A stretch of DNA of 64,000 nucleotides, taken from Klebsormidium nitens. Taxonomy: Eukaryota > Plantae > Klebsormidiophyceae. The stretch spans positions 62,001-126,000 of the forward strand of contig DF236979.1 of the NCBI GenBank assembly GCA_000708835.1, in the 5' to 3' direction. The translations under genes were made by a program, and so were the position numbers. Below the pieces are notes generated by a model, which made no database searches, had not been told where the DNA came from, and saw nothing but the letters and a program-made list of their open reading frames with translations. Each line of letters opens with the position of its first letter. Position 1 is the stretch's first letter. Of the stretch, positions 1 through 11,248 are shown one piece after another.

Positions 1-1777
1 CCGGTCACAATCGCAATCTGGAAGCGTCGAGACAAGTACTTGCGTAAGAATGTACGGCGGTTCACGACCCGTTGGAACGCGAGAATGCCAGAATGTTCGT
101 CGGGCTGTAGTAAGCCCTGGCTCGTTTTTGCAAAGCACGTCTCTTATAGCCGTTCGTTTTCGATCTCATGAGACAATGAGTCGACTTCGAGGCCCCAAAT
201 TAATCTCAACTTCGACGCAAAAAGCGACTCGCAGAATCCTGATTGCTGCTCTTATGACTCGCCCCTGACGGAAGTGCAGAAGGATGAAATGTCACGGTAG
301 TGCTATTTGATAAACTGTGCCTGGTTACCTTGTCCTGCAACCGGTTGTGGCCCTTGTAGCTGTCCCGTCCATAGTCAGGCCTCGGGTCCATCTTGTACTC
401 CTGCAAATACGTGGCACTCGTGACATCAGATATCCAACCTTCGCCCAAAACTGAAACCGCCAGAAAGCGAGTTGGAAATGACTCAATCACAACCGAGCTA
501 TGTAGTTGAGGCAGGATGGATCCCACCCCAGACAAAGAAGTAGTGTCACACGCCTTGACCGATTGAATCTGAATTGGCGCCCAAACGGATGCCTTTAAAA
601 ACCATTCCTCAGCTTCTCTTTTTTCCTGGCCCGTTCGTCGAGCTGCCACTCGGTTTTGGCTATTCGTCAGCTATTGGAAGGACGCACTACTAGGGACGCA
701 CTATCGCATCGTGGGTTCGAATCTCGGGTTGGGTTTCGCCGCTTACGTCACCCGGGAAGCCCTGTTGTTGAATAGGGTAGGGCGTTCCATGCTCCAGGTT
801 TTTGGGGTCCGTTTGAACGGCTGGTCTTACAGTCTTAACCACATTCCTGGCCGCTTCCACGGTTTTCGAAATGCCTGTCGTGATGGGGTCCTGCCACGCG
901 CCATCGTCCTCAGCGCGAACCTTCAAACCCTGCACATTGTGATGTTTTAAATGGGCGGAATACACGGAACTTCCACGGAACCACCAAGTATCCCATTCTG
1001 ACAAATTTTGTGGAGTCTTTTGATTGAACAGGCAAGCCTGCCTGGCTAGCTTCGTTGCTTTCTTTTGCTGTCAAAGGAACCTATGGACATTGAGCTTTGA
1101 ATTCGTAAAAGACGAGCTTCGCGAAGAAAGGCAAACAGCCTTTGGTCGAAACGAACCTGTTGCGAATAGGTGCCGCTTTCTAACAAAGCCGTGTTTTCAG
1201 AAGGCATCTCCTAATCTACCAACTAAAAGGACCACAATCATTAAGGGTAACATGAGCTGGATCGTGCAGCAAGCAAGAAAGATTGCCCACTCCTTGACAC
1301 TCCTCAACCCCAAGAGGTTGCAACAGAAATGTTTTTGAATACGTGTTTGCAGACTGTGGAGATATTGCACCATGCACAATGCACGACGCTGCTGAGAGGC
1401 AAGTCAGAGTTTTCAACGACTCAAACTTGTTGTTGCATGCAAGCTGCAAACAAGGGAGCTTTTAAAGAGGGCATCATGCTGGATTCAACAGACGGCTAGG
1501 CAACGCGAATCCCATGCCACAGGGACAGAACTCGAACTTTTCTTTGTATTCCTCATTGAAAGACGAGCTCGGAAACAAACGGAGCTGGGACATGATATCC
1601 CACCCTCCGGACATTTCTGGCCGACTTTGCACCGGCAATTGGGGTTTTGCCCAAAAGCGCCAGGTTGTGCGACGCACAGGAACGAGTATCAAGGAAGCCG
1701 CTGCTGCTGGAACCACATGCAGACGTCACCCCGCGCACAGCAGAGCCCTGAAGGGCGATCAATCCGGCAGACGCCAT
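1..1777 (-). CDS. Short-chain dehydrogenase/reductase, glucose/ribitol dehydrogenase (plastid aldehyde reductase-like) with transit peptide; 5' part only, continues past the left edge
   Basis: Phase-0 exons 1777-1604 (MASAGLIALQGSAVRGVTS..., Ser/Ala/Arg-rich), 929-747 (...PYPIQQQGFPGD), 400-329 (EYKMDPRPDYGRDSYKGHNRLQDK), 17-1 (IAIVTG, start of the TGxxxGxG Rossmann motif). All GT-AG. The QQ..PG.E..MDPRP..Y.G...L..K.A.VTG pattern is typical of this SDR family. Confidence 0.85.
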
Positions 1778-3059
1778 TGTTTCGGGCGGGTTCAGTGCAG
1801 GTTACGTTTCTCGACGGGATACTATTCCGGCGCTAAGGGACTCCTTCGAAAAATGTACAGCTTTCAGAATTGCCCAAGCTCGGGGAGTTGGAAGCAGCTC
1901 AATCAAGCTCCAATGAAACGGAGTGTCCCAGCATATGACGTTGCTTGAAGGAGCTGAGAGCCGGCTCTCCGATGCAAGCTCGAGTGCTGCTCGTGTCCAG
2001 CTCGGGCGAGCTGTCTGAACAGCCGTTTTCTTTGTTGGGTTCAGCTCTGCTGAAGGTTGTGCAATGTGCATGTCCTTGCTGGCCGGCCGGTTGACCAGCT
2101 TTTGCAGAGAACGTCATTGTCCCGGCAGACGCCTCATACGAGACGTATCTTACCCACCTCGACCTTCGTGACTGTCATACGAGATGAGGAATCAGTTGGG
2201 CTGCATGCAATGCGGGTATTCTTCAACCGGGAGCTTCGCACCTGCCGTCGAAGCAATGCTAAGCTCAAAAGCTGTTCGAGTGGCGAATCCTCCGCTAGAT
2301 CAGACTGCATGGAACGATCCACCGGTCGATGCGTGCTCTTCGAAATGGAGAGCGTACACGACGCGAACCTCCATGTTTTGTAAAGCGGCGGCGCAACGTC
2401 CCTTTGCCAGCATGCTGCCAGGCGTAGGACATGCATGCACATGTTGGAAATTTTCGCTTTCGGACGCCTACGGACATAAAGTGCCCCGGCCCCCAATGCA
2501 GACTCACGGTCCGATTCGAAAAGTGTCCGACCTCCGAAAGCATGATGTCATCAAATGATGGGCCTTTACTGCGGCCGGGGCGTGCTTGCGTGCATCCTTT
2601 CTAAAACTGCAGTACGTGATTTGAGCCGGGCGAGGGCTGGGGTTAAGCTGGTAACAGGGTGAGTTAATTGGGTGCAGAGCGCATCAATTTGTGGGTTATA
2701 GTTTTTGGTTGTTTGCCCCCGGGGCTTGTGATGAAACCTGGCCGGGCACACAGCTTTTAGGGCACATGCCACAGCTGCCATAAGGTGTGCATGTTGCGTG
2801 CATCATGCGATCACGCAATGTGACCTCTGCAAACTCCAAATTTACAGGAATGGATCTGCATGTAGCCTCGCGGTTTGCATAGACTACCCTGTACTAGGTG
2901 TACCCTGAGCAAGGTCGGCAGAGTCCAGACTGCCAGAGAATCTGGACGGCACCATCAGCCGCCGTCGATTTCGGATGGACCACCGTTAGATGTGAAGTTC
3001 CGGCGCAGTATGCGGGAAGGTGAGAATTGTGTGGTCGGGCGTCTTCCTGTTTCGATTTT

Positions 3060-3513
3060 AAAAGATGTCGCCATATGTTGCTATAGTGTACGGTACTACA
3101 GTCCTGAGTCCAGTGGCAGTCCACACCTCAAAAGTTCAAAGTCCCAGTGCACACTGCACAGCATGTAGGTACGGTAGTACGTACCCACCGTACTTACCAT
3201 ACAATCTTGAGACCGCAAGAGTAAGTACCGTCGGCGTACCTTCTACCGCCAGGTAACCGTACGTATCCAGGCTGTGGATTCAAAAAACCTACGGAGCTGT
3301 ACGTAACTTCGTACCTACCTACGTTGAATACGGTATCGTAGGTACATCGTGTACGCTACTTCACTGGTCCTGACTCCTGACTCCTCACTTCTCAGTCCCT
3401 GTGGACCCTGGAGTGCTCCGTGTGGATGTGCGTAGTAGGTACGTAACCCGAATTCTACCTAGGCTAAGCCACTCCCAGTACAGTCCTACCGTACTTACCT
3501 AGGTACTACCGTA
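3060..3513. repeat. TA/GTAC-dense tract with repeated TACGGTA/TACCGTA heptamers
   Basis: TACGGTA at 3089, 3170, 3329; TACCGTA at 3487 and 3507; many GTAC/ACGTA words in between. Confidence 0.6.
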
Positions 3514-3771
3514 GTGACTTGGGAATTCACTCCCAAGCGCCGCGAATAATTATTTTCGAAAGATTTCAGGTTTCGTCCGGCGATGCGAGATAATATTTTA
3601 CATTTCTCCAAATTTGAAATTTTGATTTTTTTGCCTTGTTTGGCAGCAATCTGAGCTGATTTTTAATATTTTTGTTGTTTCTCCTTTTCTCCCTCAGGGT
3701 CCAATTTAGTTTCTGAATTTTCGTCTTGAGTCAAAATAATTATTAAAAGATGAATTCCCAAGTCACCACGG
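3509..3771. mobile_element. 263-bp non-autonomous MITE, Tc1/mariner (Stowaway/pogo)-type
   Basis: 21-bp TIR CCGTAGTGACTTGGGAATTCA (3509-3529) vs reverse complement of 3751-3771 (CCGTGGTGACTTGGGAATTCA), one mismatch. TA on both flanks (3507-8, 3772-3). Subterminal inverted AATAATTATTTT. AT-rich interior with no ORF. Confidence 0.85.
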
Positions 3772-5072
3772 TACCAAGCTTGGAACTTGGACTGTGGAAA
3801 CCTGAGCTATCAGTCACTATCAGGGAAGGGTGCGGCTGACAAGCATTTCATGTGGCTCACATGGGTGAGCTGAAATGTAGGTGATTGGTAGACTCTCTGA
3901 CAGTGTCAGAGTCTTGTCATTGTTGACAAGATTACATCGTCACAATCATGTTCACAGTGCTCACCGCCACGGGGCACTACCTCGACAGTCCCTAAAAGTA
4001 GGATCAAAAAGCCAGACTCACTTGACACCTAATGCACACTTGGTACGTGCCATGCATCATCCATTCACTCCACCAGTGAAAAGCGGTCTACTTTGGATAC
4101 ACACTCACGGAACAGGCTTACCCTTGTGTCGTACAGGTAGCCCTTGTCCTTTCGACCAGGAAAATGGCGAAGCTAGCTAGCCTTTCTGACCACAGAATGA
4201 TTAGTCTCGAGGATCTCAAGGCCGTAGCTTCACAATACTGGGACTTTGGCACTGCCTGCTCGACTCAGGATAAAGTAAGACACCCCCTTTTGGAGTGGTT
4301 ACGTTCCCTTCATCCTGTCGGCAGCTTTAAAGTCCAAAGAGGTGCTGCCTTCTCGCCACATTCCGCAAAACGCGTTCATAACCGCGAGCTTCTTCCTCTC
4401 TTGCAGCACTGCCCACATTGCCCACCGTTCAGCTCATATTCTTTCGCTCCTGACTTCCGAATCCTTCGCGCACCAAACAGTCCCCTGCCGTACTAGCTTC
4501 CAGGTGAGTTCTAAGCGTTACGATCTGCTTTCAGCTGGTTCTATCAGTAGTGTCGACCAAGAACTTGCCTGTGGATTGCTCTTGTGACGTCTGCAGTGAC
4601 TTTCGGCTGGCTCATCTTCCAATTGAGCTGGATTTTGACAGTGACAATCTTGAGCTTCTTTGAAAAGCTAGCTAAGGATGCAAGCTGACCGTCGTTTGTC
4701 TTCCTAGCAATGAGGTGGTCTGAAGGGTTCTTAAGCACAGTCGCTGTCAGTCCTATCTCATGCAGATTGCTCTTTTCACAAAATCTACAATCATTTGAGA
4801 CCTCCAGACACACCTGCAATGCGCCACTCAGCATTTATGAATGCTGGATACCGGTTGGTATTCTCACCGCTTGACTAACAAACCGCTTGATCAGACGGAC
4901 GCCTGAAGAAGAAAAGCAAAGAAACAAAAAACTCAGGGGGAGTGCTGACTGTGTAAAGAGCACATAACATAGTACAGGGTGTTCACATTCCACAAGCTCA
5001 CTTCCACTTGTTGGAATGTCCTAAACATGGTGCTGATGAGGTCAGTCTCTTGGCATTGTCGCAGGCATCAGA

Positions 5073-8000
5073 ATGGCGCTCCAAACAGCCCTGTTCTTGT
5101 TTATTGCGGCAGTCGTCATGCTGGCTGGAGGTAAGGCCTGTCACCCTTGCTACTATCTGGATCCTACTCTTTCAGAACTTGGTTGACAATGAACCTGGTC
5201 AAGTTAGCCTGGTAGTGGGGCCTGAACCAAAAAACTGCACAACCATGGCAACCATCCTCAACAGACAGTGTGACTTACTTGGGCAAGCCTCCTAACTTTG
5301 TGTGGGATTTCAGAATTAATCAATCTGTGCTATCTCAGGCTCAAGAACGCATGCGCGGACTTGGTGCTTCACCCACATGGTGCTTCACTCAAAGCTTTTT
5401 CATGCCCAGTTCGCAGCATCATTGCAAGCTGCAGCAAAGGAATCCCTATACGTTCCTGGATGCTTGAAGCTCACCAGTCCCTTGTTTCGCCTATAACAAA
5501 GCAAATCGGTGGTGTTCCCTTTTTCGAGATCCAAGTATGTGAACATTTAGGTCCTCGTAATGGGTCCTCAACTAGTTCAGTTTGATAAGCGAATGCTCCT
5601 TCATAGTCAACCTCTGATGGATCCTTTCTGCTTTTCAACAGGCGTCGACTGCGATGCGGGACCTGGTTGGAACCACATTCTAGGGGGGACTGATTGGGCG
5701 GGGCTGTCTGCCGCCAATGCCATATGTGACAATGGACAAGTGAGACTTCTGCCTTTTCTTTCTAGTCTTGAAAAGCGTTTGAAGCATATGCAATAGCTTA
5801 TCCTAGAGGAAGCTCGGTTCAACCTGGCCTCAGAACAGAGTTAAGCAGCCTAAATATGACAATACTGGACATGTGATGTCTCATCCCTACTAGGGTGCGG
5901 TGAGAATAACAAGACAAACTTCCTCTCTTGTGGTCTTGAGGTCTCATCCTTCACCATGCAAGAGTGCAGAACGATGCCTGCGCACTCGGAGAATCGCAAC
6001 CCCGGACATATGCGTGACCTCGTCAGCAGTGATGGCATGCTGACGTAAGCAAAGGTTGGGAACAGCTCTTACCAGAGGAGTCCTCATCTTGGATCCGCAA
6101 CTGCCCTTTTGCAGAAACAATCTCCGGTGGCGATTGAAGATAGTGCGGCAGTACCGTCGAGCGACCCCGGCGCGCTGATTATCACATGGAACAGCGCCCT
6201 GATCGATTTCCAAGTGCAGAACCTGGGGGTCACTGTCCAGGTGAGGCTGCAAACTTGACGTCAGCGATAATGACATCACCCTGAGGAGCCAAGGGACGCG
6301 CTCTTCTCGGGCGTCTTTCTGCTGTTGCATCAGACTCGGACGGGCACGGGGTTTGCGATTTGTCTCATGGGACTTTTCTCGAGTTTCGCATTGCGCGAGC
6401 CACCGTGTCTTTCAATGACAGGGATACGTTTCCGGGTTACAATATTAGGAGGATCTGCTACCCTTCGTCTGATGGATGGCGGACCGCTTGCCCTGCAGGT
6501 TATGATCAACGGGAGTAACACGCTCACGGTTCCTTCTTACATTTACACGCCCCCAGCAAACTCTACCGGCTTAACCCTCGCCCAGTTCCACTTCCACACG
6601 CCCAGGTACGTGTTCCATCGAGTCGCCCCGTTACAGAAGTGGCTGACAATCAGTCCGCAATACTCAGAAAACAGGGCTTGGTCTCGGCGACTATTTCTTG
6701 GTAACTCGTCTGGAAGTGATGATTGCAGTTTCCGTCGTTTCAGAGGCCCGCTCTAGTAACATCATAAAGAACAAAAGCCGCACCCTGAAGCAACCCCTTA
6801 ACCCGCTTCTGAACCCGGCCCTCCTCACCTTGCTTGACCCAGCTTCTCATCGGCTGACCCAAGCGGAGTCTCCGTTGACCCCCTCTCTTAACCTAAATCT
6901 TAACCCCGTCGTTTAACTAACTGAATCCTAGCTTTTTTGGCGCAGTGAGTACACTCTGGACGGCGAGTATTTCCCGGCGGAAGTGCACTTCGTTCACAAG
7001 GATCCGGTCACGGGACAGCTGGCAGTCATCGGAGTGTTCTTTTCTCTTTCCCCGGACGACTCCGACAACCCCGAGCTCGGCACGTTCTTCCCCAACATTA
7101 CTGAAGATGCCGGTACCAACTCAGAGGTACGAAGGCTTCTTGGCAGCGTTCGCGCTTGTTGCGGCGATGGTTCCGGCTATGTATGAAATGAAGAAGCAAA
7201 CATTGAAGGGAAACGCTTCAACTTAGTGCTGCGATTCGAGAATTCACCATCGAACAAACGTGTAGCAAACACACATCGCAATGATCAATGCCTGATGCAT
7301 CCGTCTACAGGCGATTTCGGCCCTTAACCAAGGATGGTCATGGTTGCTTATGGGGTGGTTAGAAAAGTGCTCATATGTCCAACAACCAGACTTGGGCGGT
7401 AACCGGTCTTGGGGCGGTAACCGGTCTTGGGACAAGGTTATCGCCCGATTATCTGTTCAATAACGTTAGACTCAAGTCTGGTACTCAGCTTGGTTAGCAG
7501 CCAGCCAAAACCTCCTTTGGTCTTGGAAACATATCGTCCGATGGCAACTAAGCAACGTCTCTGTGATGTTTGTGATGCAGGCTATCCGCCAGTCCCTCAA
7601 TCTGAACAGTCTGCTTCCCGCGTCGAGGAGCTACTACCACTTGAGCGGCAGTCTGACCACGCCCCCTTGTTCCGAGAACGTCCTCTGGTTCGTGATGAAG
7701 AACCCACTTGACATCTCCTCGTCCCAGTTGATGAAGGTGAGACATGGATCCAGATCTCCCAATCTTTTGACAGCTGTCGTCAGCAGATCGGATAGCGTTC
7801 GCATCTCCGCCCTTTAGCGCTTGAGAGGAAACTGCTGCCGTCTTCACTGACAAAGATGCGCTTTTCTCATGATGACTGAAAGGAAACGCTTAATCAGCTC
7901 GAGTCATCAGGGTCCGAGAATAGGAAGCCAGTGTGGGTTGCGCTTCCTTGGACGAGGTCCTTTCCTGTAAGCTTACGGTATATCCGCAGCAAGAATGCGA

Positions 8001-8383
8001 TTCCGGGGACCCACTGCGGCTTTCAATTCGCTCACGCGTACGTTTGGTGATAAGAAAGGCTGACAGACAGACAGATGTCACAGCCGGGTCGCTGACGTTC
8101 TCATACTCTCACGTGTTGCCTCCAGCTCCAATTTGCGCTCGCGCATGGAGAAGGGTCCCGGGTGAACAACCGCCCGGTCCAGCCGCTCAACGGGCGCACC
8201 ATCATTCTGTTCCAGGCAAGCGCACCAAAACTCTCTCCTTCCGGGATTCTAATGTCGGTCTCTTCTGACGCCAAAGAAGCTATTCAGGTCGTTTCGTGCC
8301 TCGCACTTTTTGAAAGGCAGCAGGTTTTTCCGTGCCTCGCACTGTCTAAAAAGCAGCAGGCTGGAGCTGAAGGTTGTCTATAG
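5073..8383 (+). CDS. Secreted/periplasmic alpha-carbonic anhydrase
   Basis: Exons 5073-5130 (signal peptide [19 protein letters not shown]), 5642-5739, 6115-6240 (KQSPVAI...NLGVTVQ), 6499-6605 (QFHFHTPS), 6946-7126 (EYTLDG...EVHFVH), 7581-7736 ([19 protein letters not shown]), 8126 onward ([11 protein letters not shown]). Phases consistent. 3' end uncertain: reads through to a stop at 8383, or splices at a GC donor after 8215. Confidence 0.92.
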
Positions 8384-10158
8384 AGACGTGGGGCGATCAT
8401 CGAGCGCACCACATGTCGATCAGGCGGCAATGCAGGCCTTCTTGTATCAGTCCCATGAGACGCTGCCAGCCTCCTGACATAAGCGATGAAGCCCGCAACT
8501 ACCGAAATACTGCATCAAAACGCATTGAAAGTTCGGAAATGGCATGTGGCATATTTGGGTCGGGGATGCCCGGTCCGGGGCCGAAATTACAAGATCCTTT
8601 TGTTCACAAGAATGCGCCCCTTTCCAGCCGTTCAGAAGAGCGCTCGCTTATGCACTGACATTCGAAGGGAAAATGGATTTTCCCAGCCTCGCGGCAAGAA
8701 GCAGAATCACAACTCGCACGAGCGGGAAGCATCAGCTTTCGCCACGTGGCAGGTTTCTGACGTCTGCCTGGCCGTGCAGGGTAACGTTCAAAGCTGCGAC
8801 TCGAGCTCGCTGCTCCCGAATCAGGTGGGTAACTTGCCACGTGTATTGATGTGCTAGGGCTGTCATAAGGGCCTGACCTGTTGTGAGCTCCTCTGATCAA
8901 GCTGACATCCTTTTCAGCAATACGACTTTGATACATCCGCTACCAATCTGGTTATCTGACGAGATTATTGATTTCGCGTTTTTTCGTCAATCAAACATCC
9001 CCCGTGTATCTCACTGACACAGACGATCGGCGGTCAGAATCCGTTTGCTTCTGGCCTTCCTTTAATCTTCGTCCAACAAGTAGACTGATAGCGCTACGAC
9101 TTATTGAGGATGTTCTGCCGCGTTCCCCATGCTTGATTAGTCCCATTTTAACGATGCCGGTGCCCGCGTTTTGCAGTGCTACAACGCCCAGGGAACGACC
9201 TTCGTCTGCTGCCCGGGTGGCTGCCCCTCTTCTCCAACCTCCGTGCCAGCATGCGCATAATGACGACCAGCAGAGGATATTTGGGAACACGAGAGATCGT
9301 CGTTGGACAGTTTTGCCGAGACAGCCAGCTAGACCAGCCAGACCCGTGCAAGCTTCCAAGTCAGCATTCAATCGTCATTCGCCCCTCCTCAAGAAGGCAA
9401 TCGTAGGTGGTTCAAGATTAGACAGCCTAATTTGCAGCCCCATTTTGGCTCCCGTGTTGCTTTGAAAGTATCTCGGTTCCATAACAAGAGCGTGACAAGA
9501 GCAGTGCAGATAAACGTCACGGTCTGTGGCATCCGATTTCTGAGGACCCTGCAACAACGAAAATATCGAGCGCCAATCAGGGAAGAGCTTTTCGCGAGAT
9601 ACTAACACACCGACTGAGTAGTGTAGGTTAGGTCTTGAGAGACATCCGACTCCGAAGTAGACGATCAGCATCAAAGGCCCCTTCGTTAACAACGGTTTAG
9701 ATGTTTTCCCTTCATATACCGTTCACGTCATGCGCGCTCTATGATTCTGGTCCAAGGACATGTATCAAAAGGCATGTATAACGATAGCACGTATTACATT
9801 GCTTATGACTCATGATGCAAGTTCCATCTTCACACAGTTAAGATTAGGTATATTACTCTGAAAAACGCGTAAGCCGAAGAATGCACGTCAGATCAGTGCT
9901 GCATCTCGCTTCCAAGCTAGGTATTCGTAAACTGGCTCTTAACATCAATCAAGACTGTCATTATGCTAAGGTCTACAGCTGCATGCTGTACTGCTGTGGC
10001 AACTCAAAGTAATCAACAATTTCGAGCCTACAACTAACCAGCCCGGCGCTTGCCAGGGCATCTTTATACAGCGGTCAGTCTTTTTCTAACTATCCAACAA
10101 ATCCTATAACCTCCCTTCCAAACCATCCAACGAATCGTATGGCCTCCCTTGCAATCGA

Positions 10159-11248
10159 TCACCTATCACAGCAATAGCAGCACATGCATAGAAGGATCAA
10201 GATGCCTATGGGAACCAGGAACCCCGCCAGCAGCCCAATCTCGAGCGAAGGGTAGGTGTCCCGCAACACGTTTGTGAAGCACGCCTCGGCTTCCGAGTCT
10301 GGTGCCGTACCCCCGGCCGCGTTTCGGCTTGAAATTGAGCCCTTGTCGACACCCCGGTTGCTGACACTGTGGTCGTGCACCCAGCCGCCTTCCCAGGGAC
10401 GGTGGACAGGTGTCACGAGCTGGCTGCACTGTGTGGTGATCTTGCGGGACACGTGCTTGGGGTAGGAGAGGCGCCATGAAGTAGAGACCGCGTAAAACCT
10501 GGAAGGAAGGAAAAGAACAATATTGGAGCAGAGCTAGCGATGGCGGTTCTTTTGTAGCTGGAGTCGAGGTTTTCAAGCTTTGGACATTCCTGGGGGCAGG
10601 ATATTCATCGACTAAAAACATGGGGTGCAGAGATTGATGATAAAACAGTTTTGAATAAGGCTAGAACCTGCGATTGTTGATTCTTAGGGCTAACGAGAGA
10701 TTGAGGATGTGCCTCGCCGCTGAAAGAGAGCCGCAATGCAGACTCGTGACTGGCCAGAATCTCAGCACCACGAAAGCGGGAACTATATATATACCAAAGA
10801 AAAGCAAACGTGAAGTCTCGTCAAGAGTCCTATGCAGAAAAAAAGTCTCGTTGGAGTTCATCCCCATGGTTTCTTCATACAGCCAGCAAATTTGTCTGAA
10901 CAAGCCCCAGACATGGATTGTGGCACTTCCAGATAGACCACACAAGAGCTTCAATAACAACTTTTGTACACACGATTTTCGGTCGTGTCGGATTCAAGAA
11001 CAGCAATGGCCGACAAGAGCTGAACTGAGCCCTCACTGGTTGGGGTTCTTCACGTCGCGCCAAAAGCTGTAGGTCAAACTAGAGTCCATGGAAGAGTCGT
11101 CGGAAGAGTCCGCTGACGTCCCTTGAGCGGCCACAAGCACCGCAACGTAGCCTAAGCTGGGGTTCATAAAATCCTGAGCTGACGTCACCCGAGCAGCCAG
11201 GAGCACCGCGAGGACGCTCAGGAGCAGCAGACTCCGAGACATTCTCAT
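10159..11248 (-). CDS. Uncharacterised type-I membrane protein, paralog A (~183 aa)
   Basis: Exon 11248-11037 (signal peptide ...SRSLLLLSVLAVLLAA; ends TYSFWRDVKNPNQ, phase 2) and exon 10498-10159 (FYAVSTSWRLSYPKHVSRK...TYPSLEIGLLAGFLVPIGILILLCMCCYCCDR). Strong homology and identical intron position with the gene at 16998-18354. Confidence 0.8.

Noticed and set aside
7394-7429. 18-bp direct duplication in a CA intron
   Set aside because: Trivial slippage repeat.
8968-9692. Overlapping 100-165 aa ORFs on both strands after the CA gene
   Set aside because: No recognisable motifs or splice-consistent structure.
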